Position numbers and translations under genes: made by a program. Source: Verrucomicrobiota bacterium (GTDB taxonomy: Bacteria > Verrucomicrobiota > Verrucomicrobiia > Opitutales > Cerasicoccaceae). From it: a stretch of DNA of 64,000 nt. Positions 49,470 through 59,991 of the stretch are shown here, piece by piece (the first letter of the stretch is position 1; every line of letters starts with the position of its first letter). A model generated the notes under the pieces. It ran no database searches. It was not told where the DNA came from and was given only the letters and a program-made list of their open reading frames with translations. The DNA lies in NCBI GenBank assembly GCA_039818205.1, contig JBCBUK010000002.1:128001-192000 (forward strand). The letters run 5' to 3'.

Positions 49470-52400
49470 TTAGTCTGTGTCCACGATCTTGATTTTGACT
49501 TCCGAGCTGTTTCCGCGAATCTCCGGAACATACATCGCCTCGGCGAGCGTAGGGAGCGCGCTGAATTGGCCAGGTGCTTCTGCTCTTAGTTCATAGCTGA
49601 TTTCCCATGTGCCTTGCGGTAGGCTGTCGATGAAACAGGCGATCTGGCGATCACGCAGTTCTTGGTAAACCCACTGCCGGCGACCCGTGTAGCGATCTTT
49701 GCTGTCGAGCGCTCCGATGCGCACTTCTCGGGCGTAAATTGGTGCTCCGCTTTGCAAGGCAACTGCTTCAAGTCCTGCGGGTTTCAAGTCCTCAATCAGC
49801 ACATATTCCAGGTTGTTTTTCGCCTCAATCGTAACCGTTGCTTGAATGCGGTCGCCGGGATTGACCGTGTCGCCACTGTTAAGTCGAACCGAGCGTGAAC
49901 GAAATCCGTCCAGCAAGGTTTTGACTGGATAGACACGATCATAGCTTCGCTTCACAAAGAGTTCATTGCCAGCGGCAGTTACCGGATCCTCCGTTGAGAA
50001 GAAGGAAAAATGAGCGGAAAAATATAGATCACTATCTCCTGCTTTGCGTTGCAAAGTGAATGTATTTTTTCCCTCGTCTAATTTTTCGACTGGGATGTTG
50101 ATGGCTGCCGGGGAGCTTATGACGGTTTCCGGTGTTACTGATATTTCGCCGATCGATTCCCCGTTGAGTACTGCTGTGTAGGTGCCTCCAGCGTCGAGCT
50201 CACCACTTTTTGTTAGCCATTCATTGAGCGCTAGAACAACGATAGCCGTGTCTCGGGTATTGCTCCACTGGCCGCCACGGCGATTCTTAACGAGCCAGTT
50301 CATTGTAGGTTCGACCAATTTGCTGTCGGGTTTGATCTCCACCAGCGCCATCAGCACGAATGCAGTGGCTTCAACACCTCCTTTGGACCAGCGCCAGAAA
50401 ATGCCATCCTCACCCCAGTGAGCGGTTGCTAAGGAGGCCCCACCGTCAGGTTGGGCCTCGCCATCGTCTAATAACGCGGAAGCCTGCGGGTTACCATCAA
50501 CCTTAGCTCCATTCTCAAGGTTCTCCGCCAGGATAGTTGCCTCTTCCTTGAATCCGAGCCAGTGTGCGCTCAGCGCAGTCAATGCACGGGAGTAGGCGTT
50601 TAACTGCTCACGGTTTTTCCAAAGATTCGCGAAGGCGCGTGCTTCGAAGCGATTGGGCTTTGGGTTGGTGTCTCCCTTCCGGGCCGAAGCGAGTGCGTGC
50701 ATCAACCACGCTTGCATATCCAACCGATCTTCGAAGTTCACAAGTTCTTCGCCCAGGTAGTCCCGCGCTTGGTTAATGATCTTAGAGTCGATCTCTTGGC
50801 CGGACTGCTGAGCCAAGGTTAATCCCCAAGTCACGTATGCGGACATGAACGGATCGGTTTCGCCGGTTTTCCACCAGCCCCATCCTCCGTTCGGATGCTG
50901 AAAATCTGTTAGCCGCTTGAGCCCAGCGGCGACCATCGAATCCAACTCATCAAGCTGACCATCATTCTTCTTGCGATTCTGGTTTTGCTCGACAATTCCT
51001 GTCGGGGTTGATGCTTCGATTCCGCCGAATGACTCGTTCATGACCGCGGTTGGATCGAGACCCAGCCCATTGAGTGTGTTGGCGACGACCACGGCCGGAA
51101 GGAAGCGGCTCATCGTTTGCTCCGTGCAGCCGTATGGATACTGAGCCAAGTAGGGAAGGGCATCCAGCATGGTTACGGCAATACTCGGGGTGAGATAGAG
51201 TTTCATCTCAGCGCCTTGTTTGCGAAATGCCGGAACGTTCAAGGCAAAACTGAGTTCGTCGGTTTTCATCTTTCCAGACTGGGCGAGAAATTTTTCGATA
51301 CCTCGTTCAAATGCCGGAATTGTCAGTTGCATAGCATCGGCTGTGTTGTTCGATTTCCCAACGAGCTTGATCACAGAATCGCCGGGTTTGTCGACGCTTA
51401 CGGTCCAGTTGATGCGTTTGCTGCTTTGTGGTGGAATTGAGATGCTTTGTGTTGCAGAGTCAATGAGGGTTAGACCGCCATCGATTTCTATTGAGCCCTC
51501 AACGGCCAACTCCGATTCAGTGTTGTTAGTGAAAACGCCCGATAGCGTGACGGTGTCGGTGGTGACGAAAAAGCGCGGGGTTTGTAACCGTGCGATTAGC
51601 GGCAGGCGAGTCTTGGCCTCGGCTGTGCCTTCGCCAAACTTAGCGGTCAAGCCGACTGCGGTGGCATCCATTTCCCAGGTCGTTAGGCTATCTGGGAATG
51701 TGACCTCGACTACGGCTTCTCCGGCGTCGTTCGTGATAATTGCCGGTTTCCAAAGAGCGGTGGCGCGGAAGTCCTGCCGGACAACGACAACCGGCGCTTG
51801 AGTTTGGCCACCCTGCTCGGCCAATTCCATGAGCCCGCCCGCTGGAGGTCCCGCAAATGGGTCGCCTGCAACTTTGCCCATTGCCGCGACTGGTGAGGGC
51901 GATTGTGATCTGCTCATTGCAAAGGCGTCCAATTGAAATGATCTTTCCCCCCGGTTTTCACGCATTGGGGCAGAGGCCTGGCGCTCGATCGCCTCGGTGG
52001 GATCGATGACGCGAAATCCACGCGTTTGAAATGAGGTCGTCGTGTGCACCGCCTGGTAGCGTTTCTCGCCGTAGAAAAATTCTCGAGGATCGGGAGCGAG
52101 TGACGGCTGAATCGCAAGAACCGATTGATCGAACACCGAGAGAGAGACCTCAGCGGGCAGCGGCTTGCCATCGACGTCGGTCGTTTTGATGGTGATGCTC
52201 CCAGTTTCTTGAGGTTCATAATTGTTAGCGTTTGGCTCGATGCTTACGTCGATAAATTCCTTTTCGGGTGGGATAACAATTTCCTTTCGATCCTGATGCG
52301 GCCTCAGGTCAAAATTCGCGTCGGCTTGCAGCCAGACGTTTGGGATCCACTCATCGGTCACGGCGTTTTGGATCAGCTTTACGTTGCCCTCAAGATATAG

Positions 52401-55352
52401 CACCTGCGCATGAAGAACCTTTCCGTTGTCAACCGAGTACAGGACCCAGCGTCCCGGCTGATCGGACGTTAGCATCACGGGAGCCTGTTGTCCTGCCCGG
52501 AACGCTTCCTCGTCGGTAATGATCTCCAGGGGGCCGTGATAGCCGATGTCGACGGAAGATGTGTCCGCCACCCATACGGCAGCATCTCTCCTGATTGGCG
52601 GATTGTTTTCGGGCCGGCTTACCCAGTAGACCCGATAGTATCCTGCCTGATTGACATCAAAACTGAAAGTCGCTTCGCCATTGGCGTTCGTTTTGAGCGT
52701 CGTATCGGTAATGTCTTCAGCAACAAACTTCCCACTTATCCGGGTCCATTCCGTTGGATCCAACTCGCTGGAAAAGAGACCGCTGCTGTGTTGGCGTTTT
52801 CGAAATTCTTTCCCGCTTAGTTGTTTGCCGTCCGGTCCTCGCCAGACCTCCTTCCACTCTTCGCGAACGAGCCAGATCTTTCCTTCAACCGAAACGGCAA
52901 TCTCGTTGGCGTTGACCGTTTTTATGTTGAGCACGGCTTTTTCTCCTGGCCGATAAAGGCGTCGTTCAGGATTGAGGTAGACGAAATAGGGTTCGCGCGT
53001 GACCTTGACTGTTGTGCTTCCCGCCACTTCGCGTCGAGATTCATCAGTCACGCGTGCTTCGATTGTGAACTGTTGGTCTTCGCGTTCATTCGCATTGGTA
53101 TCGAGAGAAAAACTCACCCGACCCTTTGCATCAGTTTTCATCGTCTCCTGTTTGATTACCCGTCCGTAACCGCCATGAAAACGGGTTGATTGATGGCGAT
53201 AAAGCCAAGGATAGCGCGTTGGTCGGTGCCAGTAATGATAGTATGGGCTTTGGCGAACGATGATCGTAACGTCGGCGTTGGCGACCGCGCCACCAAAGTA
53301 ATAGTCTGCCTGAATCTCGATATCCACGGAGTCACCGAGCTGATAAACCTGGTTCGCTTTACCATCGGAGCTTTCGGCACTAACGGATACCTTGTACTCT
53401 GGAAGCTTGTACTCTTCGAGTCGGAATAACTGGGCCGCACCAATGCTTCTCCCTGTTTTACTTTTACGAAATTCGATCGTGTACATACCGAGTGCCCAAT
53501 CGGGCTTTGCGGTCAGGTCGCCCCAGATACTTCCGAAATCATTAAGGGTCATCGTGCCCTCGGCGACATCGACGCCTCGGGGTCCGTAGATACGGTAGTA
53601 GACATCGACTCCGGCCGGGTTGCTCCAAGTGCTTTGGTCGATCCGTGTCCGAGCGGTGGCTTTCCAATGGATCGTGTCCTCGGGCCGGTAAGCTGGTCGA
53701 TCGGTCGACGCATAAACTCTCCACTGGTCGGCGAAGTTTGAGTGGTTCCAATAAAAGTTGTTCTGTTGGCTGATGACTGGCTGGCCGTCTGCGTACGCTA
53801 ATATCGCATGAGTGGGGTAGTTGGACAGATCGGTGTTGTCGGCTAAGTTGAGTCCATCTGAGGTAAAGCGAACGAGCCCGTCTTCACCGGAAACTGCCGT
53901 GTCAGGGATCCACTGAAGCGTTCGTTTTCCATTCTGGTTAATATACCGTCCAACCCATACGAGAACATTTGCCTTTTCGGCTGGTTCGCCAGTAATCGCG
54001 TTGGTCACCCATACGAGCAAGGTTTCACGGTCGCGCAGCACCGTCAGCGCATACTCGGTGACGAAAAGAAGTGCCTCCTCGACCTGATCTCCCGCTTTGG
54101 CTCGAACGACATAGGTACCCGCCGCCAATCCCTTGGGTATCTCAATGGTGCTACGCTGCATTCCGTAAGGCACCTTGTCCGATTGTCTGGTTAATGATTC
54201 GATTGGTTTGATGGCACTTAGGTCAAACAAGTGATCGTCTCGTTGATAAAACGGCATCTGCTGATCGCCAGGTTTGAAGACCTTTTCGAGGTCGATTGGA
54301 AATACCTCGACCGAGACCGACTCGAGGTTACGCCAAGAGACATCAAACTGGACGATCGAATCCGGCAGGAAGTTTTGATAGAGATTGAGGTCTAGCGATT
54401 CGTCAGTAATCGACTTGAGTTGATCTTGAGCCTGATTCCAAAACCGGGATTCTCCCTTGTCATATTCATTCAAAAATTGCCGATAAAGTTTTACCGCCAG
54501 TGAATAGTCGGGCTGTTGAACCAGGTTGCCTTGGTCGTTGTAATGGAAACTACCCCTTAGCGCTGCCCACCGTGCGTATTCGAAGAGGGCATCATCCCGC
54601 CATTCCGTGTCCTTTCCTGCGGCAAGTGCGGCTTCATAATACGCCCCGGCATCATGTCGCTCGTCGCGGTAGCTGGTCAAAACCGTTTCCGCGAGCATGT
54701 AGTTAGCAAATGCCTTCTGCTCCGGCGTCTCGGCAAGGTCCAGGGTATTGAAGAGAACCTCACGAGGAAGGTTTGCACCGTAATAGCCATAGCGCCAATA
54801 GGGATCAATCTGTGGGGGCTTCGCGGCTCGAAGAACAATGTCCAAATACTCCTTGCGGGCGATAATCAATTTGGTTGAGCCAGCCCACCAGTTGAGCGCT
54901 TTCTCGTAGTGCGGCCAAGCGAGGTCCCACCGGCGGTTTTGTCGCGGAATCCAATACGAATCACCCAGGGATTCCTGAATCTTGGCCCAAAGAACGGGCG
55001 GACGTGCGCCTTGAGTGTTCTCGATCAGCTTCTCTGCAAGTTTATTGAGCTGTTGGCGAGCGGCATCGAATACCTTGGGATCACTTTGCGAAGTCGAGGC
55101 GAGGTTTCGCCATGTCGCGTCTGCCTGACGATAGATCAGCTCATCCTCGTTAATCCCTTCCGGCAGTTGGCTACCGCTGAGGAGCTCACCATAAATTTTT
55201 GCGGCTGCCGCGTAGTTTTGTTTGTCGAATTCTTTTTGTGCCTGCGTGAAGGACGGATCCGCCGCTTGAGCCGTAGCGCCCGCCAAAAACAGCAGCAAAA
55301 AGAGACACAATCTAGAAAAACCGGGGGTTCGATAGCGCATGATAAGAAGCAT
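49470..55352 (-). CDS. Alpha-2-macroglobulin family protein with thioester motif
   Basis: Signal peptide, TPR-like N-terminus, TDRPAYRP, VRQDF, PDSLTTW, YPYGCTEQ, GGWGWW, AEAMYVPE; alternative start 55340. Confidence 0.92.
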   Translation of the reverse strand: MLLIMRYRTPGFSRLCLFLLLFLAGATAQAADPSFTQAQKEFDKQNYAAAAKIYGELLSGSQLPEGINEDELIYRQADATWRNLASTSQSDPKVFDAARQQLNKLAEKLIENTQGARPPVLWAKIQESLGDSYWIPRQNRRWDLAWPHYEKALNWWAGSTKLIIARKEYLDIVLRAAKPPQIDPYWRYGYYGANLPREVLFNTLDLAETPEQKAFANYMLAETVLTSYRDERHDAGAYYEAALAAGKDTEWRDDALFEYARWAALRGSFHYNDQGNLVQQPDYSLAVKLYRQFLNEYDKGESRFWNQAQDQLKSITDESLDLNLYQNFLPDSIVQFDVSWRNLESVSVEVFPIDLEKVFKPGDQQMPFYQRDDHLFDLSAIKPIESLTRQSDKVPYGMQRSTIEIPKGLAAGTYVVRAKAGDQVEEALLFVTEYALTVLRDRETLLVWVTNAITGEPAEKANVLVWVGRYINQNGKRTLQWIPDTAVSGEDGLVRFTSDGLNLADNTDLSNYPTHAILAYADGQPVISQQNNFYWNHSNFADQWRVYASTDRPAYRPEDTIHWKATARTRIDQSTWSNPAGVDVYYRIYGPRGVDVAEGTMTLNDFGSIWGDLTAKPDWALGMYTIEFRKSKTGRSIGAAQLFRLEEYKLPEYKVSVSAESSDGKANQVYQLGDSVDIEIQADYYFGGAVANADVTIIVRQSPYYHYWHRPTRYPWLYRHQSTRFHGGYGRVIKQETMKTDAKGRVSFSLDTNANEREDQQFTIEARVTDESRREVAGSTTVKVTREPYFVYLNPERRLYRPGEKAVLNIKTVNANEIAVSVEGKIWLVREEWKEVWRGPDGKQLSGKEFRKRQHSSGLFSSELDPTEWTRISGKFVAEDITDTTLKTNANGEATFSFDVNQAGYYRVYWVSRPENNPPIRRDAAVWVADTSSVDIGYHGPLEIITDEEAFRAGQQAPVMLTSDQPGRWVLYSVDNGKVLHAQVLYLEGNVKLIQNAVTDEWIPNVWLQADANFDLRPHQDRKEIVIPPEKEFIDVSIEPNANNYEPQETGSITIKTTDVDGKPLPAEVSLSVFDQSVLAIQPSLAPDPREFFYGEKRYQAVHTTTSFQTRGFRVIDPTEAIERQASAPMRENRGERSFQLDAFAMSRSQSPSPVAAMGKVAGDPFAGPPAGGLMELAEQGGQTQAPVVVVRQDFRATALWKPAIITNDAGEAVVEVTFPDSLTTWEMDATAVGLTAKFGEGTAEAKTRLPLIARLQTPRFFVTTDTVTLSGVFTNNTESELAVEGSIEIDGGLTLIDSATQSISIPPQSSKRINWTVSVDKPGDSVIKLVGKSNNTADAMQLTIPAFERGIEKFLAQSGKMKTDELSFALNVPAFRKQGAEMKLYLTPSIAVTMLDALPYLAQYPYGCTEQTMSRFLPAVVVANTLNGLGLDPTAVMNESFGGIEASTPTGIVEQNQNRKKNDGQLDELDSMVAAGLKRLTDFQHPNGGWGWWKTGETDPFMSAYVTWGLTLAQQSGQEIDSKIINQARDYLGEELVNFEDRLDMQAWLMHALASARKGDTNPKPNRFEARAFANLWKNREQLNAYSRALTALSAHWLGFKEEATILAENLENGAKVDGNPQASALLDDGEAQPDGGASLATAHWGEDGIFWRWSKGGVEATAFVLMALVEIKPDSKLVEPTMNWLVKNRRGGQWSNTRDTAIVVLALNEWLTKSGELDAGGTYTAVLNGESIGEISVTPETVISSPAAINIPVEKLDEGKNTFTLQRKAGDSDLYFSAHFSFFSTEDPVTAAGNELFVKRSYDRVYPVKTLLDGFRSRSVRLNSGDTVNPGDRIQATVTIEAKNNLEYVLIEDLKPAGLEAVALQSGAPIYAREVRIGALDSKDRYTGRRQWVYQELRDRQIACFIDSLPQGTWEISYELRAEAPGQFSALPTLAEAMYVPEIRGNSSEVKIKIVDTD

Positions 55353-55429
55353 ATTGATTAATCCTAAACCTTCGACAAATTAATCCCTCAAATTGTTCGT
55401 TTAACATTGTAAAGGTTTTGTCAGCTCTC

Positions 55430-55747
55430 ATGCAGCCTCCACCCGAAGATTTGCAACTAATTGGTAACGTTCTCGCAATCCGCTGGCCCGATGGCTCGGA
55501 GGATTACTTCCCGACGGAATTTCTCCGCAAGTTTAGCCCAAGTGCTGAGAACTTGGGTGAAAAGGATATCTTCGGCACCCAATACGGCGGCAATGGTCCG
55601 ACCGAGTTTCCTGGCGTTACGATCGAAGGCTGGGACTATCAAGGCAACTATGCCGTTCGCTTTGACTTTAGCGATGGCCACCGAACTGGAATCTTCTCCT
55701 GGGAATACCTGATAGGATTGCGGGAAAAGCTATCCTCCGAAAAATAG
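55430..55747 (+). CDS. DUF971 / GBBH-like N-terminal domain protein
   Basis: I.W.DG...LR..SPSAE..G...GNYAV...FSDGH.TGIFSW.YL. Confidence 0.85.
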   Translation: MQPPPEDLQLIGNVLAIRWPDGSEDYFPTEFLRKFSPSAENLGEKDIFGTQYGGNGPTEFPGVTIEGWDYQGNYAVRFDFSDGHRTGIFSWEYLIGLREKLSSEK

Positions 55748-55752
55748 TTATA

Positions 55753-56523
55753 TCATGATTGCTCATCCCGTTTCTTCAGGGCTTCCTTCAGTAGGAGACC
55801 AATGAAGCGGGTGTTGTTCGTTAAGTATCGCGAAGCAAGTCGACGAGGCTCAGTCACGGTTCGAAATAGCCACTCGAGGCCAGACCGTTGCATCCAAACT
55901 GGAGCCTGGCGTTTGAGTCCGCTATGAAAATCAAAGGCCGCGCCCACTCCGAGCATGATGTTAGCATCTAGTTTATGCAGCCACTCGTCCATGAATAGCT
56001 CTTGCTTCGGTGTGCTTATGCCGACCCAAAAGTAGTGTGGCTTAGTCTGGGCAACGTGAGCGATCAACTCGGTGCCTTCGGCCTCATTCAGTGGGCGAAA
56101 GGGTGGGGTATAGGTTCCGGCAACTTGTAAGCCGGGAAAGCGCTGAACCAATTTCTCTGCGAGCAAGGGTGCGACTTGATCACCGCCGCCGAAGAAGAAA
56201 TGTCGGTGCCCTGAGGCGACGGAAGCTTCACAGATAGAAAGCATTGCATCCGGACCATAGACGCGCCCCACTTGATCCCCGGCTGCCCGCCGGCCGAGCC
56301 AGACGAGCGGCATCCCATCGGCGCCCGTAAGCAATGATTTGTTTAGAATCTCCCGAAACTCCGCGTTGTCCTGAGATTCAATTACCCCATGTACCCCGGT
56401 GAACGTCGCATAACCTTTTCCACCGGCTTCGGCGGTGTCGTGAATCAATCGAGTCGCCGTTCCGAGATCGAGTGTATTGACCTTTACCCCAAGGACATCA
56501 AAACGCTGTGACGAAACATCCAT
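55753..56523 (-). CDS. WecB/TagA/CpsF family glycosyltransferase
   Basis: DGMPLVW, RVYGPD, PPFR, PKQE, GVGAAFDF, GLEWLFR...EPRRL. Confidence 0.92.
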   Translation of the reverse strand: MDVSSQRFDVLGVKVNTLDLGTATRLIHDTAEAGGKGYATFTGVHGVIESQDNAEFREILNKSLLTGADGMPLVWLGRRAAGDQVGRVYGPDAMLSICEASVASGHRHFFFGGGDQVAPLLAEKLVQRFPGLQVAGTYTPPFRPLNEAEGTELIAHVAQTKPHYFWVGISTPKQELFMDEWLHKLDANIMLGVGAAFDFHSGLKRQAPVWMQRSGLEWLFRTVTEPRRLASRYLTNNTRFIGLLLKEALKKRDEQS

Positions 56524-56679
56524 CAGCCCCGTAGCTTGGTATCAGTAATTGGCATCAGCAAATCAATTTCAGGTAACAGGCATGATAAATCGAGCCGTTT
56601 GGCGCCTTAATGGAAGGGGTTTCTCGATTTTTATCTTGAGGCTATCCACTCAGCTGGTAACGAATTGGGTGACGGTTTT

Positions 56680-57744
56680 ATGGCTGCTGCAACACTCTCA
56701 GAGCTTATTGATATTGCTACATCAAGCGAAGGCTTGGATGCGACGAACGCCCGGAAAGCGGCTGAGCTACTTGTGCTTGCTGAAGTTCCGGCCCAAGAAA
56801 AGGCTGATCTGCTTAAGGCGATGAACCTGCGCGGCGAAACGCCGGTCGAACTCGCTGCCTTCGCGGGAACCTTTCGCGAGAAAGTGCGCGACCCTGGGTT
56901 GGATGACTTGGCTGAACGTTCCATCGACATCGTTGGCACTGGCGGAGACAAGTCCGGCAGTTTCAATATTTCAACGACATCAGCATTTGTAGTGGCTGCC
57001 GCAGGCGTGCCCGTTCTCAAACATGGTAATCGATCAATCACCTCAAAATGTGGCAGCGCCGATTTGTTGTCCGCGGCTGGGGTGGATATCGAAGCCGATT
57101 TACCAACGCTGCGGCGCTCAGCTCAGGAATTGAACTTTGCCTTCTTCTTCGCTCCGGCTTTCCACCCGGCTTTCAAGGAGATCGTTCCCGTTCGAAAGGC
57201 CTTGGCGGAACAAGGTCACCGCACCATTTTCAATCTTTTGGGTCCCTTGATCAACCCAGCTAAGCCGGCCTACCAACTTCTCGGGGTCTACCCTTCCCAC
57301 TGGGTCGGGGCGATTGCTCAGGCGCTTGAGGCTGTCGGGCTGAAGAGTGGAATGGTCGTTCATAGCGTTCTTGGTGAGGACCGAGGCATGGACGAGTGGT
57401 CGACCGCCGGTTCGAATCTAGGGGCCGGGGTGGGCGAGCTTGCTTCACATCAGTGGAACGAGGATAACCCATTCCCCTTGGCGGAACTTGATTTGGAGCC
57501 ATGCGACTTTGACGAACTCAAAGGTGGCGATCTCAATCAGAATTTGAATTTACTCCAGCGGCTGATGGACGGCAAGGCGCCCAAGGGGCTGGAAGATACA
57601 GTCAGCTTGAATGCGGGTGCTGCATTGTGGATCGCTGGCCGCTGCGGCTCGCTCAAGGACGGCGTGGTTGCTGCGCGCGAAGTTCTTACCGGAGGTGCGC
57701 TTCAGCGCTGGAGGACCCAACTTAAGGAATTTTACGCTGGATGA
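56680..57744 (+). CDS. trpD: Anthranilate phosphoribosyltransferase
   Basis: DIVGTGGD, NIST, KHGNRSITSKCGSAD, RTIFNLLGPLINP. Confidence 0.94.
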   Translation: MAAATLSELIDIATSSEGLDATNARKAAELLVLAEVPAQEKADLLKAMNLRGETPVELAAFAGTFREKVRDPGLDDLAERSIDIVGTGGDKSGSFNISTTSAFVVAAAGVPVLKHGNRSITSKCGSADLLSAAGVDIEADLPTLRRSAQELNFAFFFAPAFHPAFKEIVPVRKALAEQGHRTIFNLLGPLINPAKPAYQLLGVYPSHWVGAIAQALEAVGLKSGMVVHSVLGEDRGMDEWSTAGSNLGAGVGELASHQWNEDNPFPLAELDLEPCDFDELKGGDLNQNLNLLQRLMDGKAPKGLEDTVSLNAGAALWIAGRCGSLKDGVVAAREVLTGGALQRWRTQLKEFYAG

Positions 57745-59105
57745 AGCTAAATTATTTCGGAACGGATGGTATTCGAGGCAAGGTCGGTGACGGCTGTCTG
57801 CTTAACGACGATTTCGTGCGACGGGTTGGCTATGGCCTGGCGGCCTTCCTCAAAAAGCACAACCAGGCTAAGCCAATTACAGTCGTCATTGGTCGCGATA
57901 CCCGTGAATCGGGTGAGCACCTTGAGGCTCTGGTGACCGAAGGGTTGTGCATGAGCTCGATCCATATCGTTCGACTTGGCGTCACGCCAACGCCCGGTGT
58001 TTCGATGAGCCTGCGTGATCTCCACGCCGACCTAGGGATCGCGATAACGGCATCTCACAATCCCGCCTCAGATAACGGAATAAAGCTATTTGATAATCGC
58101 GGATTAAAGTTTCCGGCTGAGGCGGAGGTCGAAATTGAGGGCTTTATCGATACCGCGCAGGTTGATCCCAAAGGTCATTCCTGTAGATGCGCCCACGACT
58201 ATGATGGTGCGGCATTCTATATCAATGTATTGCGGTCAATGATGCACCACGGCTGCATGAAGGGGTGGGACGTTGTCTTGGACACCGCTAATGGTGCTAC
58301 ATCAAAAACATCGCCTGAAGTTTTTCGTCATTTTGGGGCCAACGTTTTCCAAGTTGGTGCTGAGCCAGACGGCCAGAACATCAACGATGGTGTCGGCAGT
58401 GAGCATCCCGAAAAGCTTGCCGCGCTGGTTCAAGAACAGGGTGCTCATCTAGGTATCGCCCATGATGGCGATGGCGACCGTTTGGTCGTATGTGATGAGC
58501 TAGGCCGGATTGTCGACGGTGATCAGTTATTAGGTGTCCTTGCCATTTACGGCATTCGGACCGGGCGTTTGCGGCACCAAACATTGGTCACCACGGTCCA
58601 GAGCAACATGGGCTTGGACCGCGCAATCGAGAGTGCCGGTGGGCGGGTTGTCCGAACCTCGGTAGGCGACCGCAATGTTCTCCACCACATGCTGGAGAAA
58701 GATTTTAACTTTGGCGGTGAGTCCTCGGGCCACCTTATCTTTCGCGATTATTCGGTCGCGGGCGACGGCTTGCTCGGTGCTATTCAATTGATTGCACTGC
58801 TTTTAGAGGTCAAACGCCCGCTCTCGGAGCTTGTCGATGCGATCGAGTTATTTCCCCAGGTCAGCACGGCGGTGAAAGTAGAAGAAAAGATCCCCCTCGA
58901 TGAATGCCCAACGATGTGCCGGGTGATGGGTGAGCTCAATGAAACGCTCGTGGGCAAAGGCCGAATCCTGGTGCGCTACTCCGGAACTGAACCAAAGTTG
59001 CGTTTGCTCGCCGAAGGTGAAACTCAAGCGCTGGCCGAGGAGGCGATCGCCAAGCTGAAAGCAGCAGCCGAGGCGGATCTATCGGTTATTTCACAACCTG
59101 TTTAG
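57741..59105 (+). CDS. glmM: Phosphoglucosamine mutase
   Basis: YFGTDGIRG, GRDTRESG, TASHNP, DGDGDR, GGESSGH, RYSGTEP. Confidence 0.93.
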   Translation: MKLNYFGTDGIRGKVGDGCLLNDDFVRRVGYGLAAFLKKHNQAKPITVVIGRDTRESGEHLEALVTEGLCMSSIHIVRLGVTPTPGVSMSLRDLHADLGIAITASHNPASDNGIKLFDNRGLKFPAEAEVEIEGFIDTAQVDPKGHSCRCAHDYDGAAFYINVLRSMMHHGCMKGWDVVLDTANGATSKTSPEVFRHFGANVFQVGAEPDGQNINDGVGSEHPEKLAALVQEQGAHLGIAHDGDGDRLVVCDELGRIVDGDQLLGVLAIYGIRTGRLRHQTLVTTVQSNMGLDRAIESAGGRVVRTSVGDRNVLHHMLEKDFNFGGESSGHLIFRDYSVAGDGLLGAIQLIALLLEVKRPLSELVDAIELFPQVSTAVKVEEKIPLDECPTMCRVMGELNETLVGKGRILVRYSGTEPKLRLLAEGETQALAEEAIAKLKAAAEADLSVISQPV

Positions 59106-59895
59106 TGGTCGTTACCACGATTGGCCGATTCGGCGTCGTGATGCAGCCAATGCCAGAGCCGTAGCCGCTGGTATATGTCAGATTAAAATTGCCGGTGTTT
59201 ACGTTGGCTCGCACCTTAGGCTGGTTGTTCCGATAGGGGATCACGCATTTGCTGCCATCAGTGACGACGACAACGGAGCGCGGCGCCGAATAATAGGCGG
59301 GCCAATAGTAGTTCGAGCGCTGGGCATCGTATGCCTGCTGCTGGGCGGACGCGGCTCGGCGCTCAGCATCGGCGACACGGCGTTCAAGTGCGGCGATGCG
59401 GGCTTCTTCCCGCTGCCGGGCAATGTCATCGGCATGGGCTTCTGCTAGCGCCAGGGTTGCCTCATAGTCGGCGGTGACGTCAGCATCAGGAAAATCGCTC
59501 CGAAGGCGGCTCCAATGGGCCAGGATACCTTGCATCTGCCGTTCGGTGACTTGGGTGACGCCGTTTTCCAAGGAGGCCAGCCAAGTCTTACCTTTTTCGA
59601 TACGGTTTTTCAGGTCCTCCTCACGGACTCCAGCCCAATACTCGGCCTGCTTGGCTTTGACGTTAGCTTCATGGGCCAACTGAGCATCGGATTTTAGGTC
59701 AAATTTCACGACGACTCCCTCTTGGAAGGTCACGTCACCATTGGCGAACATTACTCGAACTTTGTCCCCAAGATCTAACTCACCGATCGGAAATCCAAGC
59801 TCTGCGACCACGGTTTTTCGGGTGTCACCGACTTCAACCGCTGACATTGAGACGCTTGCAATCGACAGTAGGCACACCGTAAGAAACTGTTTCAT
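59086..59895 (-). CDS. Hypothetical secreted protein with a coiled coil
   Basis: Signal peptide MKQFLTVCLLSIASVSMSA; TTGCAA-17-TATCTT promoter 6 nt before the ATG. Confidence 0.75.
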   Translation of the reverse strand: MKQFLTVCLLSIASVSMSAVEVGDTRKTVVAELGFPIGELDLGDKVRVMFANGDVTFQEGVVVKFDLKSDAQLAHEANVKAKQAEYWAGVREEDLKNRIEKGKTWLASLENGVTQVTERQMQGILAHWSRLRSDFPDADVTADYEATLALAEAHADDIARQREEARIAALERRVADAERRAASAQQQAYDAQRSNYYWPAYYSAPRSVVVVTDGSKCVIPYRNNQPKVRANVNTGNFNLTYTSGYGSGIGCITTPNRPIVVTTTKQVVK

Positions 59896-59991
59896 AGATA
59901 TAAGATAGCTGAGTTTAAGAAAAATTGCAATCCATCACTGATGGGGCCCTTTGCGCTTGAGCATTCTTCAATCCTGGTTGTGCTTTCGATA

